Below are positions 36,553-48,200 of a stretch of 64,000 nucleotides of DNA, one piece after another. Source of the DNA: Marsupella aquatica (lineage: Eukaryota > Plantae > Marchantiophyta); contig OZ316892.1 of assembly GCA_973895155.1 (NCBI GenBank), forward strand, positions 23,289,168-23,353,167, in the 5' to 3' direction. Numbering within the stretch: the first letter of the stretch is position 1; the number at the start of each line of letters is the position of its first letter. The position numbers and the translations under genes are program-made. The notes beneath the pieces are model-generated. The model did no database searches. It was not told the DNA's origin and saw nothing but the letters and a program-made list of their open reading frames with translations.

Positions 36553-38503
36553 ATGGAGGACGACGACGATGTGCCGCAATTGAGTGCAAGCTCGCTAGCG
36601 GCGTTGCAGTGTTTTCTGCACGAGCAAGAGGCAGAACGAGCTCGCTCAAATGAGGACGAGGTGGGCAGGCTGAGCGGTGGAGATGATGTTTCTGCAGGAG
36701 GGGAGTATGAGATGGTCAAAGAGAACTGGGGAATGAGCCAGTTCTGGTATGATGCAGAGACATCGAAGACAGTGGCCGACGAACTGCATCACCTCACAGC
36801 TGGGTCTCGGCTTCCCATTGCGTGCGTTGCCTGCCCGTCTCTTTACACGCAACTCAAAGTGAGTGTCCTGTTGCAATATAATTCCCCTTAAACCCTTGCT
36901 ACTTAGGAGGTTGTGTGTTTCTAGTCCATATTGCTTGGATTAGGGTTTGGTCCGGGGGATCGATTTCCATGTTTTGATCACTAGAATGGACTTATCGTTG
37001 CTCCTCCAGATGTTTTCGAGTAAAGACTAAACCATAACCCGAGCACAAACTTCAATCGTTTCTTCTTCTTCTTTCGCTGTGCCCTCTGACTTAGGTTTGT
37101 ATTCCTGCTCAACTGCAGTTCGGGGTCTTCTTAGTTGGCTCTTTTTAGTAGTCCTGGTTTATGGCGTTTTCAATGCTGACATCTCCTACTCTTTAATCTG
37201 TCTTGTGACGCATGGGCTTCATGATTTTGTATTCTTAACATCAGAGCAGTGGATTGGTTTCGGCACTGCTCATCTCTGTCTTTGTCGTGGCATTTGGTTT
37301 GTGATTTTAGAGTTAAATTTTTTTTTTTGGGTTGTAGTTTATTGGTCATTTGCATTTCATCTGCCTGCGTAATAACCCATGGTTGATTCTTGTTGAAGTT
37401 ACCTTCTCGTGAAAACTCTAGGATTGAGCTTAACTTACTTGACTTTCATGATTTCTGCAGCCACTAACAAGTTACCATCCTTGTATCATTACAGAAAAGT
37501 TACCCTGAAGCACAAGTTCGTCTTCTGGAATTTGATCAAAGATTCAGTAAATATGGAGCTGACTTTGTGTTCTACGATTATAATCAGCCATTGGACATCC
37601 CTTCTGAGCTTCGACAAAGTTTCCACGTAGTCGTAGCGGACCCTCCATATCTGGTTTGTTATGGTGCAAGTCCATCAAATCTATGCCACTGATTGCAATG
37701 ATTTCTGCGATTTATGCTGCCGCAAGGAGACAAGTGTACCTGAATTTAGTGGTGCTTTGAAAGATATACAGCAAAATAGATTTGATGGAAAGCTCTGCAC
37801 CTGTGTTCGGTCTACCTTCTGAAGCTACTCCATGCTTCCCAGAAGAAAAAAGTGAATTAGACTATCTAGACTGCTGTTCGCTTTAGGAGGGTCGATGGAA
37901 ATGAGCAGACTCAAAAGGACTCAAAATGTGCTTCGGTTCAACTTCTGAAGCTGATTTAGGGGTGCAGAGCCAAGAGTGTCTGGAGAAGACTGTTGAGACA
38001 ATGAAGTACCTCGCGAACGATCCAGAGACTTCACCCCTTATGCTACTGACGGGTACGAGAATCTCCGTACGGCGAGTTTTCCTTGCTTGTGTGCTCTGCT
38101 GTACTCGGGCTTAACTTCTAGGGTCATCCTTTGTCCTTTTTGTATATCGTTATGTTTTCTGTCTTTGCCATATCTTTTGGTTATTTCCTTTCCTCTGAAA
38201 CTGTGCTGGCGTTCATTTTTCAAATGAAGAACGTCAGCTACACAAAAACAGTTCCCTCAACAATCCTCATGGTGATTGCCTGCAGTTGACAATTAATCCA
38301 GTAATTGCTAATATGCCAATCCTTTCTTAATTATTGGAAATGGTGATACAGGGGGTGTTCAGCGTGACAATTCGCTGAAGCTTTTGAAAGCACGGCCATG
38401 CCGATTCCGGCCTGCCCACACTAACAAGCTGGGCAATGAGTTTCTTCTGTTCACAAATTATGACCCTCATGGTCGATTAGGGGGCTGGGATATGGATAAT
38501 TAG
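36553..38503 (+). CDS. EEF1AKMT1: eEF1A lysine methyltransferase 1 (N6AMT2/Efm5 family)
   Basis: Exons ~36553-36858, 37495-37653, 37968-38052, 38352-38503: [44 protein letters not shown] / [36 protein letters not shown] / [14 protein letters not shown] / [21 protein letters not shown]; carries the DPPY motif typical of the family. Confidence 0.95.
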
Positions 38504-39023
38504 AATGAGGATCGCCTTCTGGTCTGGTTTGTCTGTGTCATGATTCTGCCATTAATCCCTTCAGTTCGGCCCTTTTAGAAACAAAGTGAAGGTCATTCCT
38601 AAACCCTGTATTCGTTGTGATTGCCGATAGGCACCTCTTATTGTGCAAGGTGAATGTTCATTGCCATCGCAGCAGTGCCTTTTTGTTATGGGATCACTTA
38701 TCTGACAATTAAACGGTGTGGGTCAACGGGGTGCTGGTAGATCCTACTTTGCAGGGGTACAAGCAAAATCCACCTACATTACGTGAATGTTGCCCAACAA
38801 ATAACCATACTTGCTGGTGGGCAATGAAAATCTTCTTGAGGTGGTCGCATGGGAACTGTTTGGAACGAGGAATGTTCTTTTCCAAAACCATAAAGAAACA
38901 CTTCATTTCCAGAAGGAACTCTTTGGCATGAGGTGGCCGGACGTCAGTCTTACTGGAGAACAGTACGCGCCTAAATCCTATTGCTACGACTACGTTAGTC
39001 CTGGATTGAGATGGTCCGTGGAC

Positions 39024-39228
39024 GGTATTGGTCAGATGACTTCAGAAACAGGCACAGCAGCAGCTCAAAAATGGCATCTTGAGATTTCAAAATTTTGTGT
39101 GATATAAACGATTCCTTGTGTTAAGGTATTGGTCAGATGACTTCAGAAACAGGCACAGCAGCAGCTCAAAAATGGCATCTTGAGATTTCAAAATTTTGTG
39201 TGATATAAACGATTCCTTGTGTTAAGGT
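39024..39228. repeat. Perfect 101-bp tandem duplication between convergent genes
   Basis: ggtattggtcagatgacttcagaaacaggcacagc...gattccttgtgttaa appears identically at 39024 and 39125. Confidence 0.95.
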
Positions 39229-39617
39229 GATGCGGGCAAGGTATTCTGTACCGATAACACTTTTTGCATCGTTCAATAACACTTTGTGCACCGGACAACA
39301 CTCGCATAGTTATGAATTTTCGCCACAGCAACATTTTAACAGGCAGACGATATTTTCACACCTCTTGTGGGACAATAACACTTCCACAGGCATTGAACTG
39401 GTGCAATTTTCAGAGCATGAAGAAGAGTAAGAGGTCATACAGGCTTCACCGATCTTCGACCAGATTCCACGACGTGAAGAAGAAATCTCGATTAGGGGAT
39501 CTTCACCACTCTCCATTGTGGACAGGGAAGAAAAGATCAGGTTCATAGTTCCAGAACAGGAGAAGAAATCTCCACTAAGAAGAGATCATCGAGGCTTCAA
39601 TAATCTTTCGTATAGGT

Positions 39618-40914
39618 TCAGAGCTCGGTCTTCTCTTCGCTGGACGAAGACGACAAAGACGAAGGGTCAAAGAGCGGGAACTCCACCGAGCCCTTGCATT
39701 CGTTGTTGGGAAGGGTGGGACAGTCGATGAGAGTGGACCCATCTGTGTCAACGCAAATGTACACTTGGTAGATCTGTTTCTTGCCCTGTCCGTCCTTGTT
39801 GCATTCAACTCCTGGAAGATGGCCATTGAGAACGCTACTCATCGCACTGCGCATGGACTCTACTTGGTAGAGTCGGCCGTCTGGTACTATGCCTGCACAA
39901 TCCACACAACAAGCTTCAGTCAAAGCTTACTGCACCTAGAAATTATTGCCACACCTCGTAGAATCTACAGACAGGGCTATAAACTGACAGACATTGTTTT
40001 TAGTGTGAGGAGCTACGTACTCGCATTAGCAAGGGCGCCTGTCAGATCATAGTTGCCGTATAGGTTGATGGCAGACTGGAAATAATCGTGCAAGGTCATG
40101 CCCGAGCAAGTGCCGTGTTTGGTCCATTCATGCTTCCAGAAATTGCCGCTGTTGCTGGAAGGGCAAGAGAGTGAACCCCAATCATCGTCCATCTGCGATA
40201 GCAAATCCTTCACCTGCAGTTGAAAAAGCCAGCCGTGGGCAAGCAATAGCGTAAGGGCAGATTTAAGTTGACATACGAACTTCGAGCACAAGGAATGGAT
40301 TGATGTCTGCGTGTCAGATGATAGAAATTTCAGTCGCGGAAGCAATGAGAATTGTGAAGACTGGGTTGAAAAGTTCTTCCAGGTGATGTTGGATTCGGAA
40401 GTGGTGGATTAATGTGTGTGTTTGGATAGTACAAAGTTCAGTTGTGGAAGCAACGAATGCTGTTAAGACTGGAAAGAAGAGCTCTCGATTTGCATTGGCT
40501 GCTGAATTCGTCAACGTGACATTGGATTCGGAAGTGGTGGAGCAAGGCGATACCTCCTGAGCGTGGTAAGGCTCGTTGCCGCAGGATTGAGGGTAAGAGC
40601 CGTCGTTGTAGTTGGGCCACAGGCCATGAATGCCAAAGACCGCCTTAGGAGTGCCTGTGATAGGAAAACAGCAGCCCTGCTTTGTGTCGCAATATGAACC
40701 TGGCCACTGTTCCCATCAAGTAATCACACAACAATAAGTACACGAGGAGACAAATGGCAAACGTGGCTCATTCGCTCAGCAATCTCTCGCAAACAGGTAT
40801 GGCCTCCTGCCTACCTGTTGCACGAAGTAGAAGAAATCGAAGTTCTGGGCCTGTACCACTGCTCCACAAAACATGCTGCAAAACGAGCACCGCCACTAGA
40901 GTTTTGGAAGCCAT
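39618..40914 (-). CDS. Ribonuclease T2 family (S-like, class I-type), with an apparent frameshift in the signal-peptide exon
   Basis: QAQNFDFFYFVQQ / WPGSYCDTKQGCCFP..FGIHGLWPNYNDGSYPQSC (CAS I) / WGSLSCPSSNSGNFWKHEWTKHGTC (CAS II) / GIVPDG..PGVECNKD..QIYQVYICVD..LIDCP..CKGSVEFPLF..EEKTEL. The ATG at 40914 is one base out of frame with the mature region; the next in-frame ATG is at 40874. Confidence 0.9.
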
Positions 40915-41540
40915 AGCTGTCCCTCGTTGCCTACATACAATCAAACACTTGGTAGGTTAACGGAAAGCAGTTGCGCGATCTCACACGCATCTCGCTAAGA
41001 AACATTATCTTCAATTCACCTATTTGTCCAAGTTGGAAAAGCGTTACTCCTTGAAACAGGGCTCCTGCAAATTTGGCTTCGAGTCCTGCGCGAAACACTA
41101 AATTCATACGTCCACCGATCAAAGGACAGCAGGGAAAGAGAAATCAGACTCCTCCTCTGTGCTTGTTTTCTGAAATCTAACTTTCAGTCTGTCAGTTTGA
41201 AGCTTACCTTGCTTCGCTCAAGGAGAGCCGCGATCCGACTCTACCTGCTTCCCAACGCTGCGCGATCTGTTAGTATCTCTGGCGGAATTTGCTGTTAGTA
41301 TCGAGCAATTCGACAGCTTTTCTTGTCTTGCAGTGCTATTTCAACTTCTTCCTCTCTGTGCATTGAGCAACAACACAAATTAGGCCAACTTCTGCAAAAA
41401 TCCGCATCAGAGATCCGAAAATTTAACTCACAACAAACAACTCGTGGAAGAATGTCCCTTCTCCTTCTTAGTTTACAACAAAAATCAACAGTTACAATGA
41501 GCGAGGGACACCATCAACCACAAAAGAATGGGGAGTCATT

Positions 41541-41569
41541 AAGAAGAAGAAGAAGAAGAAGAAGAAGAA
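41541..41569. repeat. (AAG)n microsatellite
   Basis: aagaagaagaagaagaagaagaagaagaa; gives the poly-Arg of spurious ORF 41323-41706. Confidence 0.9.
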
Positions 41570-42767
41570 CTACTGAAACGCACTTAGATCATCATTGCAA
41601 ACATGAAGCAAGCAGAAGCGGAGCGCATCATGCTCCTGACCTCAAGGCAAGAGATCCCGTGTTTTGTGTTGCACTGGTATTGAATAAAACGTTCGTCCGA
41701 GGTTAAAAAACGCAAGAACTAGAATCCCTCTTCCATAGTTGCTTGTACCTGAGACAAATTGAGCTCAATGCATGAGTTGCGCAACGCAACGCAACGGCAC
41801 TGCACATGCACATGTTCTGGGTGGCGTGGGAATCCTGAATGTACACGCCACAAACGTAAAAAATGACGGTCTCTGCATGGGCAGACTCGTCTTGTGATCA
41901 CACGTGGGCCAATGCCTCGTGCAACTTTTCCTGTACAGGTGACAATAATGTCTGAGCGAGCCCATCTTTGCCGAGCTCAGAGCACAGTACAGCACAGTGC
42001 TACTGTTCCACCCTTCGATTCTGGGCCCTCACGAGGTTGTGATGGACTGGACTGGACTGGATTGGATTGACTTGAATGCTACATCAAGCGCTGTGAGTGT
42101 GCAGTGGATGTGCTTGATGAGGTGGGACATACAGCGATTGCACGATTGTGGGACGGGATGTCTCGATGCTTACTTGATTGAAAGACATCTCTTTTAAAGT
42201 GCTGAATGCCATTTTTTAAAGGGAAGATACCTAAACATGCCTATTTTTTAAGGAATACTCCTGGTTTTCATTATTTTTTGATTTGCCTTAGAAAGCAGAC
42301 CCATGCAACCAACAGAGGATAGACTTTCTATTTTGAGGCAACAAGGGATAGACTTTCTACTTTGGGGGATGCAGGGGTAGCCCACAAAGGGGGAAGATAC
42401 CCAGGGATCTGAGGAACCCATACCAAGAAGGAGAGAGGCTTGGACCAGGGTCATACCAAGAACGAGTCTAGGGTTAGATGTATCACTACTATATATTCCC
42501 TAGAAGAACTTAGATAATGAGGTGGAATTCATTGTTATGGAGCCATCTAGGAAATAGGGAGAGCTAAATGTATAGAGACTCCGCATGCCCAACTGCCTTA
42601 GAGTTTAGTATTTAAGGTTCTCTTGTGTCTCCATGTGAATGTAACCTCTCAGAGGTGAATTACATATCTCTTGTGTTTGTGTTTGATATTACACATGTGC
42701 ATACTGTCTTTGTGTAGGGATGGGGTGCCCAAAGAGGCCAGCCAGAGGCTGAGGAGAAACCAGTACT

Positions 42768-42769
<2 letters not shown>

Positions 42770-42803
<34 letters not shown>
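42770..42803. repeat. (CA)n microsatellite
   Basis: About 17 CA units. Confidence 0.95.
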
Positions 42804-42806
<3 letters not shown>

Positions 42807-42989
42807 CTTGCATGAGAGGATTGAACCTGGGATCTGTCTCTGGGTTCTAAGCTTTTGAGGGCAATAGCCTTTCTGGTTTAGTCTTCTATTTATTCATTCG
42901 ATTATTATATAACTACTACACGAGTAGGTAGCAGATAAAACGTTAAATTGGGTCAGAGACAGTTCTACAAATTAAACCATTGCTACATG

Positions 42990-43350
42990 CAAATAGTAGA
43001 TTGGACTGTCTTGTGCGGAAGTGAACCTGAGGTCTACCCAAGACAATTTGCAGCAACACCCCTGTTACATGGAAAGCGTAGAATGATTGAATTGTCTGGT
43101 CTAGGATTGAACTTGAAACTATTAATGACTTCGAACACAGGAAACCTGCCCAGGGAGGTTTAGAACAAAACCCATGTTACTTGTTAGGTGGGAAGAGTAG
43201 ATTGAATTGTCTGGTCCAGGAATGAACTTGAGACCAACTCACAACTTGGAACTCTGGAAACCTGCTGAAGACTGTTTGAATTGGAATAAAACCCATGTTA
43301 CTTGCAAAGAGTAGATGGGTTGGCTTGCCTGGTTTAGTATTGAACTTGAG
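42990..43350. repeat. Degenerate ~115-120-bp tandem repeat, 3-4 copies, with a further unit at ~44210-44310
   Basis: Recurrent agtagattgaattgtctggt.tagga.tgaacttga.a...ggaaacctgc...aaaacccatgttac motifs; related text aatccatgttacatgg..tctggtatagaattgaacttgata..aaacctgccc at 44220-44306. Confidence 0.65.
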
Positions 43351-45829
43351 ATCTAGTGATGACTTTGCGCATGTTGATTTTCTTGGTGGGACCTCGAATG
43401 AAAGTTGCCTACTTAACCAGTCCCCAAAAGTCCAAAATGGCCCGTTGGGACCTCAAACATAAGTTGGATATATTGGATTTACTAAGAAATTGCCAGGCCA
43501 TGCAGATCTATGACACCTTACCCAGGTGAGAATGGCAAAATTTGACACTGGGGTGAGAGCAGGCACAACTTCCTGTGTACCTAATAGGACCCCCACTGCG
43601 ACGCTCACGGGAGGCAAGGTCCACTCAGGGCTTCCCAAGCAAAAGTTGCGTGCCATATTCAACCCAATGTGCATACATCATGCTGGATTGCGCACGCAGG
43701 GGGGGGAGGGGGGGTCGAAACTGTGCTGCACTGAGAGGAGAGGATCGACACTTGTTGGGAGTGATGCAGAGGACTCAATGTTGATACGTTTTCCTGGATT
43801 GCGGGGAGTTGAAGTTGTGCATTGAAGCTGCGCTGCGCCTCGGGGGGGTCACTTCCACAAATGTTGACATCATGTGTGAACGAAGTAAGGGGCGTTTTAT
43901 TCATTTTAGGGAAGTACTTAGAAGTAGCGAGGAAGTAAGTAAGGGGGTAACAATTCAAAAAGTGCCACTTGTCATCACATGATTCATTGCTTGCCACATG
44001 TCAATAAATGATTGATGGGTTTTTTGAGCTTCCTATTCCTTTTTGAGAGAGTGATTAAATAGGGGCGTTCGCACATGGTATACAACAATTGCATAAGGTG
44101 AACCCCCCGAGCGCTGCGCTCTGGGCTGGGCTGTGAGTCGACGCAAATTCTTAGTAAACCCACTCCAACATATGTTTGAGGTCCCACTCGTCCATTCGCC
44201 CCAAGACAGTTTGGAAAAAAATCCATGTTACATGGAGAGAGTCTGGTATAGAATTGAACTTGATACCTACAGATGACTTGGACAGTCAATTAGGTCAAAC
44301 CTGCCCGATTATCTCGCTCTCAGTTTCTATTAATATGATAAAATAGCCTTGGTTCTCACCTTGGGACTTTCTAGTTTCAAACACAAATTTACAAATTAAG
44401 AGAAGGCTAACTTCTCAACGTGCAGTCTCCTTTCTTGGGTTTCAATTGAAAACCCCATTGGTAGGTTATCCATGGTGCATGAGAAAAGGGAGAGAAAGGG
44501 CTAGACATAAGGTTAATGATAAATCTACTTTGTCTAAATAATGCAGGCTAAAGTTTAGGTTTATCCATTCTGTGCACTATATATGCAATAATTTCAAGGA
44601 GTTAATTAGTTTTGCAATTCTGGATGATTATGATTGTGCAAGATTACAGAACTACAACACAGGATTTCATGCAGTTAGAGCACTTAGAAAAAGAAATAAG
44701 GGCTTGATAAGCCACCTCCACACTACGCCCAACCCCCGTGCTCAATGTCTTGCCCTCTCAATCACTCAAATATGGGGTTTGGCCATCACAATCCTTGGGA
44801 ACCTGCTTTCAGGTATCTCACACCAAAGTCCTCTCACCATACCTCCCTTAGTTATGAATTGGATAAGTGTATGTGAGTACTCTATACGGGACTCTATATC
44901 TACAATTATAATACTTGATCCCACCAAAAGTTGTCAATCCTCAGTTTACAAAATGAGATTTGGTGGGAACACTTGCTTCATTGGATTTATGTTAATATAG
45001 TTAATTTATTCCCACCTTTGATCAGTTACAAATGAGTGTAACCAACCAAACAAGACAATAAAGTACCTAGGTGCTACCTAGGTGATAATAATTGGGAGTG
45101 AACACCTAGCGAGTACAAGTTAAAGAACAGCATAATTGTTTTGTCACATATGAATATTCAATAGTGTACTCAATCATTACATGCTACAAGGTTTGTATTA
45201 TTGGAAGGAAGTAGATGTATAATAGTAATACTCTCCAAATGGGTGATCTATATTATGAACAATATATTTATTAGTGGGAAGGGAATTTGTGCAGTTTTGT
45301 TTTTTATTCTTTCTCAAAAAGCTAAACTTTGATCTTCCTTGTTAATGTATCTTTGAGGTAATGAAAGGGGGTAGGAGCGTCTCCCATATAATACCCTATC
45401 CCACCAAAACAATGGGATAGTTCTTTTCCAAACTCATAAAAAATGGGAATAGATCTTAGACCTTTATCAAAACATTGTTTTTCTACACCATCAGATCTAT
45501 CCATACACACCGTTTAAAATAAATGCCTGCCCAAGCTACAATTTAGCCTCTTTGCACCTACCCAAGATAAAAACTCAAATTTAAATAATCAGTTGTATTT
45601 ATATTTAGAAAAATGGGAATTAAAATTGAATGTAAATAAACTATAGAAAATTCTTATTTCTCTTAAAAGCATTTCCTATCACTTGGTTACTAGACTCTAT
45701 GACGCGGTGACCTCTATCTCATGTCTCTAGTTTTTATGTGCAACACGAGTTACAGAATACGACCACAACAACTATATGGCCAGGATCTTGCACAACATAC
45801 CTCAACAACTCCATGGCAAAGCTCTAACT

Positions 45830-46700
45830 TTTATATGCCTCACATTAGTATCTTTTCTCACCTTCACACATTTTTCTAATCTGTACATATTTATTGCTCT
45901 TCAACATCTTTTCCTTGCCTTGACATATTTTTCTCATTTCGTCATCTTTTTATCATATTCACATCTTTACCTCACCATGATATTTTTCTTCACTTGATAT
46001 CTGTTCTCCCCTCGACATCTTTTTCTCTCCTCAAGATCTTTTCTCGCCTTGACATCTTTCCTTCACCTCAACAGTTTTTTCTTATATCGCCATATTTTTC
46101 TCACCTTGACATTTTTATCTCACCCTAGATATTTTTTTCTCTTCTCAACACTTTTTTCTCATTATTTTTATATCTTTTTCTCACCTCGACGTCTTTTTCT
46201 CTCATGACCATATTTTTTCATCTTGACACCCTTTCCTTACCTCAACATCTTTTTCTCACCTTAATATCTTATCTTTTTGCTATATCGCCATCATTTTCTT
46301 ACCTTGACATCTTTATCTCCCCATGACATCTTTCCCTCACCCACGCCATTTTTTTTCTCTCAGACTCAATAGCTTTACATATTTTCCTCACCTCGCCATC
46401 GTTTCTCTCCCCAACATCTTTTTTCTCACCTGAATTTCTTTTTCTCACCTTGACATCTTTTTCTCTCATCGACATCTTTTTACATCTCGACATGTTTTTT
46501 CATCTCGACATCTTTTTTCATCTCGACATCTCTTTCTCTCCTTGACATCTTTTTCAATTCTCTCATAGACATCTTTTTCATCTCGACATCTTTGTCCTCG
46601 CCTCAACTTCTTTTTCTCACCTGACATCTTTTTCTCTCATCAATTTTTTTCATCTTGACATCTTTTTCCTCACCTCAACATCTTTTGTGCAACGGACAGG
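45830..46700 (-). repeat. Long degenerate ~20-bp tandem array (tcttttttctcacctcgaca), roughly 40 units
   Basis: Continuous variants of acatcttttttctcacctYg over ~870 bp; same family as 28981-29196 in opposite orientation. Confidence 0.9.
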
Positions 46701-47964
46701 CATTTATATAATTGCAAACTATTATCAATTATAAACAAAATTTGCATACACCATACATCAACTGATAAATTCGCATGCACACTAGCTGGCATATAGATGA
46801 AAATACACCTATGCATTTGTCATTTAGTGACTGCAACGACGCCTCAGAAGATCTGCATGTTCTGGATGCATTTACAAAGAAAAACCTGTAATTTTAGGGT
46901 TGTGTTTTAATTGTGTTTCTCCTCTCTGGACTACTTTTGGTTTAAGGTTTCTCAAACCTGCCCCATCCTTGTTTGTGGGGCGGGGGCCCAAGATTGAAAA
47001 GTCTGTTCCAAACAAGTCTAAGGACCGCCGAAATGGGAAAGTGCATGAATTTGGAGTCCACTAGGGGCAGGGCCCAGCCCATTACTTCAATATCTTGTCG
47101 ATCAGCAACTTTGATTCAAATGTTGAGACTCATGGTTTTGGCGTTGAATGTGAAGGTCATCCCCACACTACCTTTGAATGTGCAGCCAACGGATTTTAAA
47201 CACTGACTATGTTGAAAGAAATTAGCACGAACACGTACAGCTCTCAATCCCGATCGATGAAATAAATTGGTACGGTGGCCAACTGAATAAATTGATGGCT
47301 TAGATAGTGGTGCCGAGCTCAACGTCTCTTCAAAACTTCGTTATCTTACCCGTGTAAGGTGCATCGTTAGCACCTCTCTGTTGCTCCACAATGATTTCAG
47401 TATCACAAAGGGTCACAAATAGATGTCGAGTAAAACTTTGCTCACCCTTGGGTGAAGGATTTAACTCGTTGAAGACGGTCTGCTAGATCATATACCATGG
47501 TGTGCTATGATTCATGAATCGACATACTTAAGTAGGGATACCTTAACTTCCTGATCGATGTGATTGCATCCCCGACGTAATGAATTTTTGTACATGCAAT
47601 GTTTCTGTTCTCTTGCAGCTCAGGAGATAGAGAACATGGACGATAAGACCGAAGACAGTACTGACGTGGTCGTGCCGGTTGATAGCAAAGATTCCGCAGG
47701 AAGTTCTGGCTCAATATTAAAGGTTGGGCTGATCTCATACCGAACGCGCCGACGGAGATCTTCAGGAGACTGCCCTTCGACGAAGATTGGGAGTGGTTCC
47801 ACTGGTAATTATGTAAGAACTGGAACAAAACATCTTGCCGTCCAGGGCGCGTGTTGGACGGTTAGGGTCTACAAGCCTACACTGATGCACCCTTCGCTAA
47901 CAATTCCAAGGATCGACGATCCACATCGGAATATGTCATCAAACCCCGCATCAAACTTGCAAAT

Positions 47965-48200
47965 CCATTCAGCTGGAATTCAGTGCAAACAACCAGTCCT
48001 GGTCTTGGCTACCAGTTAGACTCGGGCAGAATACATTGTATATTATTCATTCGCTGCCACAACCGCTGCCAAGAAAGCAGTCTGGCTTCCTAATCTGTTC
48101 TTCAGTTAGGATATTCTTCAGTTAGGATATTCAGAAAGTATCTATCTACTGTGACAACAAACTATCGTTGGCACTTACGGTATGAAATGAAATGGCACAC
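47965..48200 (+). mobile_element. Degenerate Ty1/copia LTR-retrotransposon RNase H fragment
   Basis: Frameshifted translation SWNS/KQPVLVLATS*TRAEYI..A.TTAAKKAVWLPNLF/LGY..KVSIYCDNKLSLAL corresponds to the copia RNase H consensus SW.SKKQ.VVA.ST.EAEY.A...A.KE..WL..L...LG.....I.CDN..AI.L. A PPT-like aagtgggagatt lies at ~48413. Confidence 0.75.

Noticed and set aside
36151-36891. 246-aa ORF taken as a single genuine protein
   Set aside because: It starts at a TTG and runs through an intron (36170-36307); it is a composite of NOT1 pseudo-exons and EEF1AKMT1 exon 1.
47564-48019. 151-aa ORF as a host gene
   Set aside because: It ends in copia RNase H sequence and is best explained as retrotransposon debris.
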